Source: Octopus bimaculoides (taxonomy: Eukaryota). Taken from it: a DNA stretch of 64,000 bases. The stretch spans positions 57,117,171 to 57,181,170 of the forward strand of contig NC_068989.1 of NCBI RefSeq assembly GCF_001194135.2, in the 5' to 3' direction. The translations under genes and the position numbers were made by a program. The notes under the pieces are model-generated. The model had not been told where the DNA came from and ran no database searches. It saw only the letters and a list, made by a program, of their open reading frames with translations. The number at the start of each line of letters is the position of its first letter. Positions within the stretch are counted from its first letter, which is position 1. Of this stretch, positions 11,751-24,505 are shown piece by piece.

Positions 11751-13204
11751 CTTGTTATCCTTATAATATATGTGTGTCTATTTGTTTGCATGTGTATATA
11801 TATAAATAGGCAGGTGGGTGTGTGCGTCGTTGTTTGTTTGTGAGTTTGAATTCACTGTGGACTAAGTATTAGAGAATATTTAGTAGGAGTAAAAATGATT
11901 CATTCTAAACTGAGGCTCTTCCTTGTCGCTACTTTGACTTTCTTTCTCGGGTCCATTTTTCACGCATATATGAGAAGATAAAAACTCGGAGTTGCGGTGG
12001 CACCCCCAGATCTACATTGCAAATCAAATTAGAAATTATGTAGACCCTTCATTCCATGCCGATAATAAATATTTCCTGTTACTATCAACAACTGGATTTT
12101 CGCAAAGAATCAGATACATACGTTAAGAGGAGGTAAAATTCTTTTATCATTGAACCTATTATGGAATCTTTGATAATCTATCGACCTCCATCATGTAAAT
12201 TTCAAAAATATAATTAAAAAGTATAACTAATAAAAATTTTCTTGATTTAATAACGATAAGTTCGTTCTTTTGTGTCATTTCCACTTTTTTTGACAAGAAA
12301 TATTTGAAGAAATCTAGAGAAAATACTTAATAAAATTGATAAAGAACAATTCACTTATATTGATATAATGGAAATATTTAATGAGAAATCTGTATTTAAT
12401 GAAAACTAATTATTGCAGCGGTATTTGGTGCATCTCAGCCTTAAATTACGATGCTCTTCCAGACTTAATTCGCTAATACATAAGCATCCTTAAAGCTTAA
12501 AAACTTTCAGGCTTTTATAGACCCCAGGGGTTAATACTGACCACTTTGCCGAACCTGACTTAAGTGATCAAAGAGTACGAGATATTTTTGTTTTCTACAC
12601 TGAAGATACGGAGTCACATGAATGATGTGTATATTCAACTTATTTAATATACTATCTGTAATGAGTAGGAGTGAACTCTCCCATTGGCTAGAATACAAAC
12701 CAATCAAAATAAAGTATCTGATATCCAACTGGCGATGTAAGGACAATTAATTTTACTGTAAATTCCTTTATTAACCAAATGAAAATAAATATAGATCATT
12801 CAGTTTAAGTGAGATCAATAAGAAATTGTATTCATACTACATGTAGCGTTGTGCTGCATATAGAACTATTTGCTCACCTCCATTTCGTAATTATTTAACT
12901 TCTCCATACATTACCGTATTAAATAAAAGGTATCAGCCAATCATACGATTCCTCAACGGCTTTTATATCTCTTCTCACCACATGTATAATTCTCCGCCGT
13001 GTGTATGAAAGCCCCCTATTCATTCACTCCCACCACCGTTGACTGACTGCACTCTGATATTCTGGAATACCAATCTATATTTATACTCAATACTGCTAAA
13101 ATATCAAGACTGTTAAAATTTCTCCTCATGCTGAGCAGCACTCAAACTCTAATCAGTTTAATTCACAAATCAATGAGTTAATCCGAAGATTAAAATATTC
13201 ATAC

Positions 13205-13540
13205 ATGACTGAGTAGTTAAGAAATTCTTCACGATCGTAAGATCACAAGTTCTGTTTTATTACATGGTACGTTGGACAAGAGTGTTTACCATAAACTTCG
13301 GCTCGAGTCAAGATTTGAGAGTAGAATTGGGGAGACAGAAACTGTGTAGAAAAACCCCTCGAATGTTTAGTAATTCAAAATTTTTGAGCCTTATGAAGTC
13401 GCGCTAATTCAGTTTGGGAATTGCGTAAAGAGTGCACGTATATGTAAAGTACTCAGCCACCTACACGTTAATTTAAGGCGACGAGCTTTCGTTCAGCTGA
13501 GCGAAGAACAACTGATTGCCCATCGCTGAATCAGTCATAG
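13205..13540 (+). mobile_element. Degenerate SINE (A-like 5' part, C-like 3' part)
   Basis: gactgagtagttaagaa...ggacaagagtgtttacc resembles family A; gtactcagccacctacacgttaattt resembles the family C tail. Confidence 0.45.
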
Positions 13541-14084
13541 AATCCCATCAACTGCATATAGCTATTTATAAGGAATATTGTTGTATCCATGGCAGCTGAT
13601 AAGATTCTGCGTCATCAAATATCAGAATAAAGTTCACAAAACAGAATAATTATTTTTCACTGAAGAAGAAAATGAGTCCAGTATGTTAGACTAAGCAATT
13701 AACTATTCCGCTTTATAATTAGTTCAAATCTCTATTCAATACTAAGTATAAAATATCAGCCAATCATACGCCTCTCACATCTTTCTTAATATTCTTTCTA
13801 GACAACACCCACCGTACACATCCAAATTCTACGTCGGAGTAGATATCAATCTGTGCGTTAGAGTATGTACCTTTAACGGAATTAAAATTAACTCATCTTT
13901 GACAAATGCAAAGAAGCTGTTTCTAAAACCTATGGCAGCTGCATTAATGTCTATGCAAGTGATATGTATCGTACAGGGAGTGAACTGCTGCCATTTGTAA
14001 CTTACATTTTGATTTAGACTAAATCTCCCGATCATTTTTTCCACAACACCGTCTTCTTCAGTATGAGTCTATGAGATATCCTTT

Positions 14085-14270
14085 GCGCTGTCACTCGACC
14101 TGCTAGAAATAGCAACGGAATTTCCCTTAAATCGTACTATCTAAATTCTAAAAAAGAAAAATAGGACACATTAAAAAACCTTTAATCTAGGAAAAAGAGT
14201 GGATCTTTTGACTATTATCAACATAAGTTTGTCCGTATCAAAGCAGACCTGGGATTGAGCAACCTCATTA
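14085..14270 (-). mobile_element. Dispersed repeat family D (probable SINE)
   Basis: gtcactcgacctgctagaaatagcaac is the reverse complement of the motif at 50001-50037 and 50852-50883 (gctgctatttccaacaggtcgagcgacc); further fragments near 6650-6720, 40570-40620 and 45480-45560. Confidence 0.55.
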
Positions 14271-14334
14271 ATGACATCTGGTTAACAGTTTATCTGCGGC
14301 CATTTTGAGGCTCACTCCAGAAATAGTAATGATT

Positions 14335-14480
14335 TTTTCTGACATACGCATAAAGCCAGAAATTTTGATGAGAAAAGAGACCTAATATTTGACTGGTACT
14401 TTATATAATTGGCCCGGAAATTATGAAAAGCAACGTTGACCTAGATAGGATGTTCGATGCGCTAACGATCCTTCCCATTC
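14335..14480 (-). mobile_element. SINE family B, degenerate
   Basis: gactggtactttat...gaaaagcaacgttgacct and gctaacgatcc match family B on the minus strand. Confidence 0.55.
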
Positions 14481-14519
14481 ACCTCTCTTTAATAATAGTA
14501 TTTTCTAGCATTAAGACTC

Positions 14520-14722
14520 TGAGTTGGCAAAATCGTTACCACGTCGGGAAAAATGCTTTGTCCAGCTTCACGTTCTGAGTTCGAATACCGACGGAGTGGA
14601 CTTTGCTTTTCTTCCTTTCGGGGTCAACAAAATAAGCACCAGTTGAACACTGGGATCGATTTAATTGACATACCCACTCCAACGAAATTGTTGGCCTTGT
14701 GCCAAAATTTGAAACCAGTATT
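14520..14722 (+). mobile_element. SINE family B
   Basis: gagttggcaaaatcgttacc...ttctgagttcgaatacc...ggccttgtgccaaaatttgaaacc. Confidence 0.85.
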
Positions 14723-15129
14723 TCCAGGCATTGGTACAAGGCTTGAAATTTAGGCGCAGAGAGCCAACCAATTTATCTAACTGCAATACTTCATTTATTT
14801 AAGGCCTTCCTTCCCTATCGAAGACTTTTCTCCACCGTCCTCGACTCTGGACAGTATTTCTTGTTTCTCTCCAGTTTGTCCCTGTTTTCTCAACTCTCTT
14901 TCGTTTCATGAAAGAAGGCCTTTCTCTCACAGTTTTTGTCGGTTTCGATTTCTTGTCAATGTTTGTGTAACTTTGCTTTATTCTAGGTAGGATGTTTAGT
15001 GCTACACGAATCCATTTTTACATTAGGAAAGGGGTGGCCCACTTTAGTCTGACCTCTATCTTTTGAGCTTTCTAGTTTGGGAGATCCTACCAGGAGCTTA
15101 CACTCAGTTGGATCATTGAGGTACACAAG

Positions 15130-15310
15130 ACACTTTACTTCCACCAGGACTGCACTCTAGTACTCTACTGGTACTTTATTCTGTCGACTCCAGAGGGATG
15201 AAATACAAAACTTATCTCACCGGGATTTGGGCTCAGAATATAAAAGAGTTAAAACATACAGTAAGACATTTTGCCCGGTACTCTAAGGATTCTGCCAATT
15301 CCCCGCCCTC
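15130..15310 (-). mobile_element. SINE family B, degenerate
   Basis: ctggtactttattctgtcgactcc...gggctcagaa...aaggattctgccaattccccgcc. Confidence 0.65.
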
Positions 15311-16448
15311 CATTACTCGTAACAATCATTTACAACTTCGGCAGAAAACCAAGAAATTTTTGGCAAGGGTTACACTCGAATAAGAAAGAGCCCCATCTTT
15401 TTTGCTGGTTATCATTTTGCAATCGGGGAACAATAAAACGCAATCCAACGATAATGATTTCTCACAGTGTAACAAGTTCACAATTTATAGGAGAGAAACG
15501 CTTGATTCAATTGTCATCAGTATTTATCAGTTACATATTCTATGGCCCCAAGTAGCATTTTGATTTCTGCTAGTGATGTATTTGGTTCGGTACTCTACCG
15601 ATTATGCTGCCCAGTGGATATATCATAGTATGAATTTTGTCTCAAACTTGGTAAAAATCCTGCATCCGTTCAAATATAGTGCAAAGGATTAAAATGAAAT
15701 GGAATTTTTAATCAGCAAAATATACAGAGGAAAAAGAAGAGCAGAACTGTGACCGTTCTTAATCCCTCTATAATGAAAACATAAAAAGCTAGCTGCAAGA
15801 AAAACGAGGAACGCTCTACGTACTAGCCTTATTACTAGATACGGCAGCCAAATTTATCTCATATGCCATCATAAAGAAAGAAAGGTATATTAAGTAATAT
15901 AACATTCCCTTATATATGAACAAATTTGTTTTACAAGTGGAGTGCATTTGATCATGCGTTTCTCCTTTGTGAATTTGGACGGAACTAAAAGAACAACGTG
16001 GACAGTGAGATAATTGAAGAAAAATGAAAAAAAATTATGGACGAATGACCGAGAAAGGTATTTAAAACGGGTTCCGTAAAGATATTCCTTAGCATAGTTT
16101 TTCTCCAATAAAGAGCAAATCACACTGTAGTCTCTATGAGTGTGACATGACCAAAGGCAGGATGATCACGGTTGGAAGTCCTTTATTCATACGTTTGGTC
16201 GTTCAGCTTTGAATTAGGAGATAAGACATTCTAGCAAATAACTATTTGAAAACGCAGAATGGAAATTAGCTGCAATGGCTTAGCCAATTTGCAAAGCGCG
16301 CGGTTGTCGGTAGCATGATTAAATAATTAAATATTTATGAACAAAAGCCATATTGGTAAACTTATACATTATGTATGGGTGTGTGTGCGTGTATGTATGT
16401 TTATGTGTATATTTGTATGTATGCATATGTATATATGTGTATATATGC

Positions 16449-16480
<32 letters not shown>

Positions 16481-16489
16481 GCATGTGTT

Positions 16490-16522
<33 letters not shown>

Positions 16523-16537
16523 ATAACTAGATATACG

Positions 16538-16593
<56 letters not shown>

Positions 16594-17032
16594 GTTGCAT
16601 GTGTATATATATATATATATGTGTGTGTGTATGTATGTATGTATGTATGTATATAGGTCACAAAAGGGACGAAGTGTATTGACCAGCACCAGCTATTGCT
16701 AGGGACAAGAGTTAAAACAACTCAAAAGCCACAAAGCACTGTATTTTATGACTGACAAAGGGACGTAAATCCCTAGCGTACATAGACAGATAGAACGATT
16801 TCGGATTTTGATGTATATCATCTTAATCCCTGTCAGTGACTCTTAGCGGCTAGGATTAAACTCAGGTACTTCTGTCAGACTTATAACAAAAGCCGTTAAA
16901 AACTTTGCTGATTTTCAAAGCGGTAAAATGTAAACAACAAATGAAATGAGTTGCTTATTAGAAATTTTAACTTAAAGGCAAAACTAACAAAAGTCACAAA
17001 GGTGACGGAAGATACTGACCATCCATTTAATT

Positions 17033-17069
<37 letters not shown>

Positions 17070-17507
17070 AATATCTAACCAATCATTGGCCTGATAAATA
17101 ATAAGCACCTCTGTTCAACATTACAGGAGATCCCTAAGAGAGTACATCGAGTTAACCGAGTAGACATTCAAAGTTATTTTTACTCGGCGCACCCATTCGT
17201 ATACATTTAGAAAGTACCGTAACGTAACATCACTTTGAAGATACGTTCTATTTCGAAAAGACATAAGCGAGAGCAACTCTATAATGTTGTTGGAGACATT
17301 GCAAAGCCTAGACTTAGGCACTACATGTATTGTTAACTAGACAGAAGGTACATTCCCGTCATCATTCCAAGTACAGAAATGTACAGAAATGTACGCGGCA
17401 TTAAGCGTCTACCTCCACCGGTGGATTCCGATCTGAACCCAGAAACTACAGCCAGCACATATAGTATTAGAAATTCGACCCGTAAAATGAAGTTGAAATG
17501 GTAACTC

Positions 17508-17901
17508 TTCTTTTACTCTTTTACTCGTTTCAGTCATTTGACTGCAGCCATGCTGGAGCACCGCCTTTAGTTGAGCAAATCGACCTCAGGACTTATTCTT
17601 TGTAAGCCTAGTACTTATTCTATCGGTCTCTTTTGCTGAACCGCTAAGTTACGGGGACCTAAACACACCAGCATCGGTTGTCAAGCAATGTTGGAGGGAC
17701 AAACACAGACACACAAACACACACATACACATACATATATATACATATATACGACAGGCTTCTTTCAGTTTCCGTCTACCAAATCCACTCGCAAGGCTTT
17801 GGTCGGCCCAAGGCTATAGTAGAAGTCACTTGCCCAAGATGCCATGCAGTGGGACTGAACCCGGAACCATGTGGTTCGTAAGCAAGCTTCTTACCACACA
17901 G
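17508..17901 (-). mobile_element. SINE family A, near-intact copy
   Basis: Reverse complement reads ctgtgtggtaagaagcttgctt...ccgggttcagtccc...gacggaaactgaaagaagcc...ggtgctccagcatggctgcagtcaaatgactgaaac. Confidence 0.9.
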
Positions 17902-18290
17902 TTGCTCCGCTCTCAAGAAAAGTATCTTCTTACCAGCACTAAGTGGCACAAAGGGTGTTAAAGAACCCACATTGAAAATTTTGATATCAAGTCAAACCAA
18001 ATTATCTCTTCTTCAGAAAAATGTCCTTGTAAAATTGGGGATTATCGTAGCGTACGTGTGATTTGCGTGGTTTTCACTCGCCCATCAAATATTGAGGTCC
18101 CGACACCAACTTGCATAAAGGCACGTTTTCATGAGGGACCAGCATGATAGTTCTTTGGTTAACTGAACTTGAAGTTTCACGCGGCTGAAAAACCGTGAAA
18201 CCGTGAAACTTATATGCAGAGATTGCTTTGCACATATATGTATATAGATGCTCAAATATATATTTATCTCTCAATTTCACTCTCTCTCTT

Positions 18291-18351
<61 letters not shown>

Positions 18352-18367
18352 TAACTGTATGAGAGAG

Positions 18368-18414
<47 letters not shown>

Positions 18415-19657
18415 CAATCACTTCACACATACAACTACAAACATATTCAAGCAATATCTACGTGTATATGTATATAAGTATGCGTGCGTGTGCGTGTGTG
18501 TGTGCGTGTATGTGCGTGTGTTTGTGTGTGCGTGTGTGTGTGTGCATGTGCTGGTGATTGTGCCTGGATGTGGGCGAGGGCGTGTGCTTGTGAGTGTGCG
18601 CAAGAGTGTGAATGCTTGTGTATGTGTGTGTGTGTGTGTGTGTGTGTAATGCGATCGAACGGGTAAGTCNNNNNNNNNNNNNNNNNNNNNNNNNNNNNNN
18701 NNNNNNNNNNNNNNNNNNNNNNNNNNNNNNNNNNNNNNNNNNNNNNNNNNNNNNNNNNNNNNNNNNNNNNNNNNNNNNNNNNNNNNNNNNNNNNNNNNNN
18801 NNNNNNNNNNNNNNNNNNNNNNNNNNNNNNNNNNNNNNNNNNNNNNNNNNNNNNNNNNNNNNNNNNNNNNNNNNNNNNNNNNNNNNNNNNNNNNNNNNNN
18901 NNNNNNNNNNNNNNNNNNNNNNNNNNNNNNNNNNNNNNNNNNNNNNNNNNNNNNNNNNNNNNNNNNNNNNNNNNNNNNNNNNNNNNNNNNNNNNNNNNNN
19001 NNNNNNNNNNNNNNNNNNNNNNNNNNNNNNNNNNNNNNNNNNNNNNNNNNNNNNNNNNNNNNNNNNNNNNNNNNNNNNNNNNNNNNNNNNNNNNNNNNNN
19101 NNNNNNNNNNNNNNNNNNNNNNNNNNNNNNNNNNNNNNNNNNNNNNNNNNNNNNNNNNNNNNNNNNNNNNNNNNNNNNNNNNNNNNNNNNNNNNNNNNNN
19201 NNNNNNNNNNNNNNNNNNNNNNNNNNNNNNNNNNNNNNNNNNNNNNNNNNNNNNNNNNNNNNNNNNNNNNNNNNNNNNNNNNNNNNNNNNNNNNNNNNNN
19301 NNNNNNNNNNNNNNNNNNNNNNNNNNNNNNNNNNNNNNNNNNNNNNNNNNNNNNNNNNNNNNNNNNNNNNNNNNNNNNNNNNNNNNNNNNNNNNNNNNNN
19401 NNNNNNNNNNNNNNNNNNNNNNNNNNNNNNNNNNNNNNNNNNNNNNNNNNNNNNNNNNNNNNNNNNNNNNNNNNNNNNNNNNNNNNNNNNNNNNNNNNNN
19501 NNNNNNNNNNNNNNNNNNNNNNNNNNNNNNNNNNNNNNNNNNNNNNNNNNNNNNNNNNNNNNNATATAGTTTTAGGGTAAAGAACCAAGGTTCATGAACT
19601 CATCGATGAAAATCCACTGTCACATATCCCTAATATTATTATTAGTATTATTATTAT

Positions 19658-19700
<43 letters not shown>

Positions 19701-19709
19701 ATGTATGTA

Positions 19710-19850
19710 TACGACGGGAGCCTATCAGTTTACTATTATCAGATCCCTCCACAATGCTTTGATCAACCCGGGGTTATTATAGAAAACACTTGCCCAACGT
19801 GTTACGCAGCGGGACTGAACCTTGAACCATGTGATTAGGAACATGCAACT
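19710..19850 (-). mobile_element. SINE family A, 5' half
   Basis: gaaaacacttgcccaacgtg...gggactgaaccttgaaccatgtg. Confidence 0.7.
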
Positions 19851-20198
19851 AAAATTAGATTTTATATTTCTCCACCTTTCTTTCCTCTTGCATTCTATCT
19901 TAGCCTTATTTTCAACTTCAATTATCATTTGCTTTCTTTACATACACACACACAGAGAAGTGTATACTCACACACACGCACACTTACAAATGCACGCAAA
20001 GGCGTATGTATTCTTTGTGAGTGCTTTGGTGTTTACGGGTGACTAATTAACTCTACTGCAGAGTAACTTGTTCTCTATAGTGTTCAGACAGGCTCGTATT
20101 TACACAAACAGATATGCTTGCAGATACATATAAGCATTTATATATGTATGTTTACAAATGTACAAACACAGACACAGACACGCGCGCACACACACATG

Positions 20199-20235
<37 letters not shown>

Positions 20236-20461
20236 GCGCGCGCACACACATTCACACACGCAGGTACACACACGTAAATTAACTCTCATTCCACCAGGCT
20301 TAGAAATGCGCATGCACAGTCTTTCACTCGTGATCGATGTTGGTGTGTTATGCACTAGGTTCAGAACGTAGAGATGCATTAGCAAATATTACGCATATGT
20401 ACACACGTAAACATAAATACTTGTAAATTGATCCGTTTACACACTTATGAAGGTGGCTGCA

Positions 20462-20514
<53 letters not shown>

Positions 20515-20524
20515 GTCCGTCTAT

Positions 20525-20700
20525 CTACAACGTAACTACACGCGTGCTGTTGGCGATTTCGTTTCCATCTTTGGATTTTTCCGTTTCTCCTTTCCGACGA
20601 AGAGCTATGCTCGAAACGTCAAGTTCTCTCCTGTCATCGAGTGACAAGCTAAGACATTTCTTGTGCGCATCCTCACGTCGGTTTTTTCCTTCGTTTTTTA
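20525..20700 (+). mobile_element. Penelope-like terminal-repeat fragment containing a degenerate minimal hammerhead motif (20590-20623)
   Basis: cttt-CCGACGA-a-gagc tat gctc-GAAA-cg-TC-aag; related to the minus-strand copy at 56305-56495. Confidence 0.6.
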
Positions 20701-20926
20701 TTCATTTATTTGAATTGACTATATGTGTGTGTGTGTGTGCGTGTGTATATATATATGTGTGTGTGTGTATGTGTGTGTGTGTGTGTGTGTGTATGTCTGT
20801 GTGTGTGTGTAAAGTATGGCATAAATATAAACACGGGAAATTTTAACCATTTCTCCGCAGTCTGGGAAAACGATAAACAACCTTAATCGATTTTCGAAAC
20901 TTATGACACATATACACAGATCTTCA

Positions 20927-20969
<43 letters not shown>

Positions 20970-21548
20970 GCGTGTGCGTGTGTGTGCGTGTAGTATTTAT
21001 TTTGTGTACGACAGCTACTGTTGAGTTTAGAGTTTCTCGTAGATTATTTTCTGCCAGTTTGTTTCCTCATATAGATAGATAGATAGATATGAGGAATTAC
21101 AATGAACTCAAGTATATATCTTTAGTTCTTACGTAGCTTTCACTAATGTGCTGGGTTGAAACTCTGCATTGGATGTTCTAAAAGAGATTGCATGCTTAAC
21201 CACAACGGATCATCAGGGAAACACTTTATCTCATTATGCCACCTTTACTCTGTATATCATAACCAGTAATACTAAGTACCATATAGGAAACAAGTACATC
21301 TAGTTGCAAACAACTCATAAGTGGTATCACTGACCGCAGTGAAGGCCCGGAAACAAGTCGCTTGTGCAGGTGCACTGAGTCGAAAACACTGCATATCGGA
21401 TCCCAGTAGATATCAGGTGTCATCGTGAGAGAATGCGTAATTATTCGGGGCCTTCCTTTCGATGACTTTGCAGAGCACCAGACCCTACTCAGTGATGTGT
21501 TCGACCGATTAGTATTCGCTCTTAAATTCATTTCGGGATCATTATCAC

Positions 21549-22900
21549 TCTAGCCAGGTTTCGTCATCCCTTTTCAAATGCTGGATCTCTTTCATGATGG
21601 CGTTTGCTTGCAGATGTTTGAGGTCAATTGGTATTAGCTACAGTTCAGTCTGGTCCTATTAAAGTCTATACATTCAACTTCTACAAGAACCAGAATTTCT
21701 ACAGTCTTGTAGTAGCATCACATAACGGTCATCTTTCCTAACGTGAACTGCATTTATTTTGTCATGTGGAACAGTGAATTCAACAAAGTGTACTATCTTA
21801 CGTTCCACATACTATTTTGTTATATCTGGCTTCTTCGGTGGTATTAGAAAGAGGCCCGACAAGATCTGCTGCCGCCTCCCAATCTCCATCCCAGTTCTCG
21901 CAATTCACAGTTTCTCCTTGTGTTTTGGATAACCACTTGATCTTGCCAGACAAACGTAATAAACAGTTTGCTGCTATACTTCTGCAGCTTCTTGCTACCA
22001 TTGATCATTTCTTACCGCTTCTAAGCGGCACTATAGGGAATCTTGAGGACCTCATTGTGTCTCAAGAAATATCTTTCCGATGCCATTGAGCACTTACATC
22101 AATATACTTTAGCGTTAGCGTTCTAACTTTTCCGCATGTACATTTTATCATCATTCGCTATTTTCCATCTCAGCAGATTGCGTGGGGATGGCAATAAATC
22201 AGACGCTGTGGCTTTCAGACGAAAGCTCAACCATGATGCGCTCCACTTTCAGATCTCATTTCAACCCACCTTCCTTTCAATAACCTCTTCTTCCCACTTT
22301 AATATCTGACTTGCTGAGTTCATTCAATCAAATGCAGTTCCCTTTATTCTGATTTTCTAGCATTAACACAACATTTAACAGCGGTTCAGTGCTCCATCTG
22401 AGTCATCGTCGAAAATAGTTTAAATGGATTGCAACGAATAACTTTCTGGTCACTTTGAATTGCTCCCACTATATCTAGATGTTCAAGTGCTACTTCTATG
22501 CCATCAGTTTCCAACCCCCGCACAATTTCCTTGCTGTTTTGACATCTTGTGGATTGTCCCGTGTTTTTGTAACTAACAGCTGGACACAAAACCATTGGTT
22601 TCTTCATAATCTCATCTGGCAAAAAGACATCTTTACCTAAAGATTTTCAGTGAGCTTCAGCTGAATCCTTTATCAACCCGATGATTTTCTTTGTGTTAGG
22701 GGGTTGAATTACCAACACTGCTTCAACTTATTCATACACATCTTGCGTTCATAGATCTTCAATACCACTTGGGTACTAGACATTTTACATCAATACATGC
22801 ACTCGTAGGCGCTTCCAGTCTGCTGCGTATTCTTTTGCACAAGTCTTATTTTCTATTCCATGTCCGTATCATTTTGTTAGCTTTTAGCGCGCCATGTTCA
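21549..22900 (-). mobile_element. Decayed non-LTR retrotransposon with C-terminal restriction-like endonuclease (HERO/NeSL/R2-group), 3' part of ORF
   Basis: Manual minus-strand translation across stops and frameshifts gives DIVGAIQ; LKWEEEVIERKVG*NEI*KW..LSFRLKAT..DLLPSPRNLLRW (22165-22197); KCTCG and RHNEVL (zinc-knuckle region, 22045-22146); WDGDWEAAADL; KKPDI (21821-21835); FVEFTVPH (21764-21787); RKDDRY (21722-21739); and ends KRDDETWLE*. Confidence 0.85.
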
Positions 22901-23079
22901 GATTTCTTTCCTAGTTAAATGTACAGAAGTATAATGATCGGCACACAATGGGGAAACAAAATCTAACACTAGTGACTCACGACTTTAGGGATTATGGGTC
23001 TCACCATTAAGCACATACACTATCAATTAGCCTGCATGAAAATATCTACAACCTCACGATATCACAGACACAGACACAG

Positions 23080-23110
<31 letters not shown>

Positions 23111-24261
23111 CATACACACACACATTCACATTTGTGAGTCTGTGTTTGTGCATTACCATGTAAGTTAGTTAATAATTTCTATAGTCAAAATATGCTTCCA
23201 AGCTCGCTCGGTTATACAATCTTTGGTGACAGTTTACTTTATTAAACCCTGCTGCAAACACTGATTAGTACTTGATATATGTGTATAGCTCTGGCTGTGC
23301 ATCTGTATCTCAGTGTAAACGTATTCATGTGTACATAGAAAAGGAACTTGAATAACAATTTATCCTTATCTTGAATGGCGGATATACGTTTTTTTAACAT
23401 CTCACCAGTGTTTTTTTTTTACTTCATTTTTTACTTTATCTATCTTCCACCAGTTTTATCAAATACTTTATTATCTTCTATTTATTTTTTCTATTTTAAA
23501 ATTTTTTTCAGCCTCTCTCATTCTTCCATCTTTCAGCTACCGTCTGCTTTTTCCCCGTTTTCTAAGTCTTGTTTTCTAGTTTCCTTTCTCCCCTATACAT
23601 CATACGATTTATATTCTCTACTTTTCTCTTGGCTCTCCCCCTTCCATACTTGCCCTATCTTTATGGTCAGTTACTTTACTCTCCTGATTTTTAAAACTTA
23701 CCACCTTGTATTGATATCCACTACCACCATCCCCTCAGCTATGAAATTCTTAGCTTTCAAGCTTCCATCGATTCTATCATACTTTTTAAACCTTTGTTTC
23801 TTTGTAGCTGTATGTCTGCAATTATTTCCACAATTCTGCTTCTGTTTCTATCTAAAATCAACATGCGAAATGAAAACGTTTTCTATCAACATTAATGCTA
23901 TAGTTCCTTTCTCTGCAGGAAATTCTAGGCATCTTTTATCTAGAGTAGTTTCCTGTTGCCTCTTCATTTAGGATTCTAGTCTAAAACATTTCCTCTAGAT
24001 TTAGAAACCACTTATAACAGAAAGATGAAATGAGGCACATAGTTAAATGCCTTATTATTCATAACTCTATGAAATGACAAAAGCTAATTCATATCTTATA
24101 TTGACATTTCACCATCCCTACTATCAATGCCAAGCTCTTCTAACAGAATTTTGTCACTAAAAAAAGTCTGACACATCTATGCGTACGTTACACGTAACAA
24201 GTATGCTTATGCTACAAACTCATACAAATACACACAAAAAAACCTTACACATCACATCAAA

Positions 24262-24505
24262 CACTGGTCACTTGAATTGCTACCACTATATCTCGATGCT
24301 CAAGTGCTGCTTTTATGCCATCAGTTTCTAACCCCCGCACAATTTTCTTGCTGCTTTGACCATCTTGTCGATTGTCCCGTATTTTTGTAACTAACAGCTG
24401 GCCAAAAAAACATTGGTTTCTTCATAGTCTCATCTGGCAAAAAGACATCTTCACCTAAAGATTTTGAATGAGCTTCAGCTGAATCATTTATCAACCCACA
24501 ATGCT
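24262..24505 (-). mobile_element. Second fragment of the same RLE-type retrotransposon
   Basis: Aligns directly to 22440-22685; the track ORFs share DE.MKKPM...PAVSYKNTGQSTR. Confidence 0.85.

Noticed and set aside
21380-21548. Possible ribozyme in the 3' UTR of the RLE retrotransposon
   Set aside because: No CTGANGA core or HDV-like fold could be identified by eye.
23375-23971. 198-aa hydrophobic ORF; the opposite strand has a weak PAEKG motif resembling Penelope PADKG
   Set aside because: The F/L/S/I-rich composition is what a pyrimidine-rich strand yields; a single weak motif is not enough to call an element.
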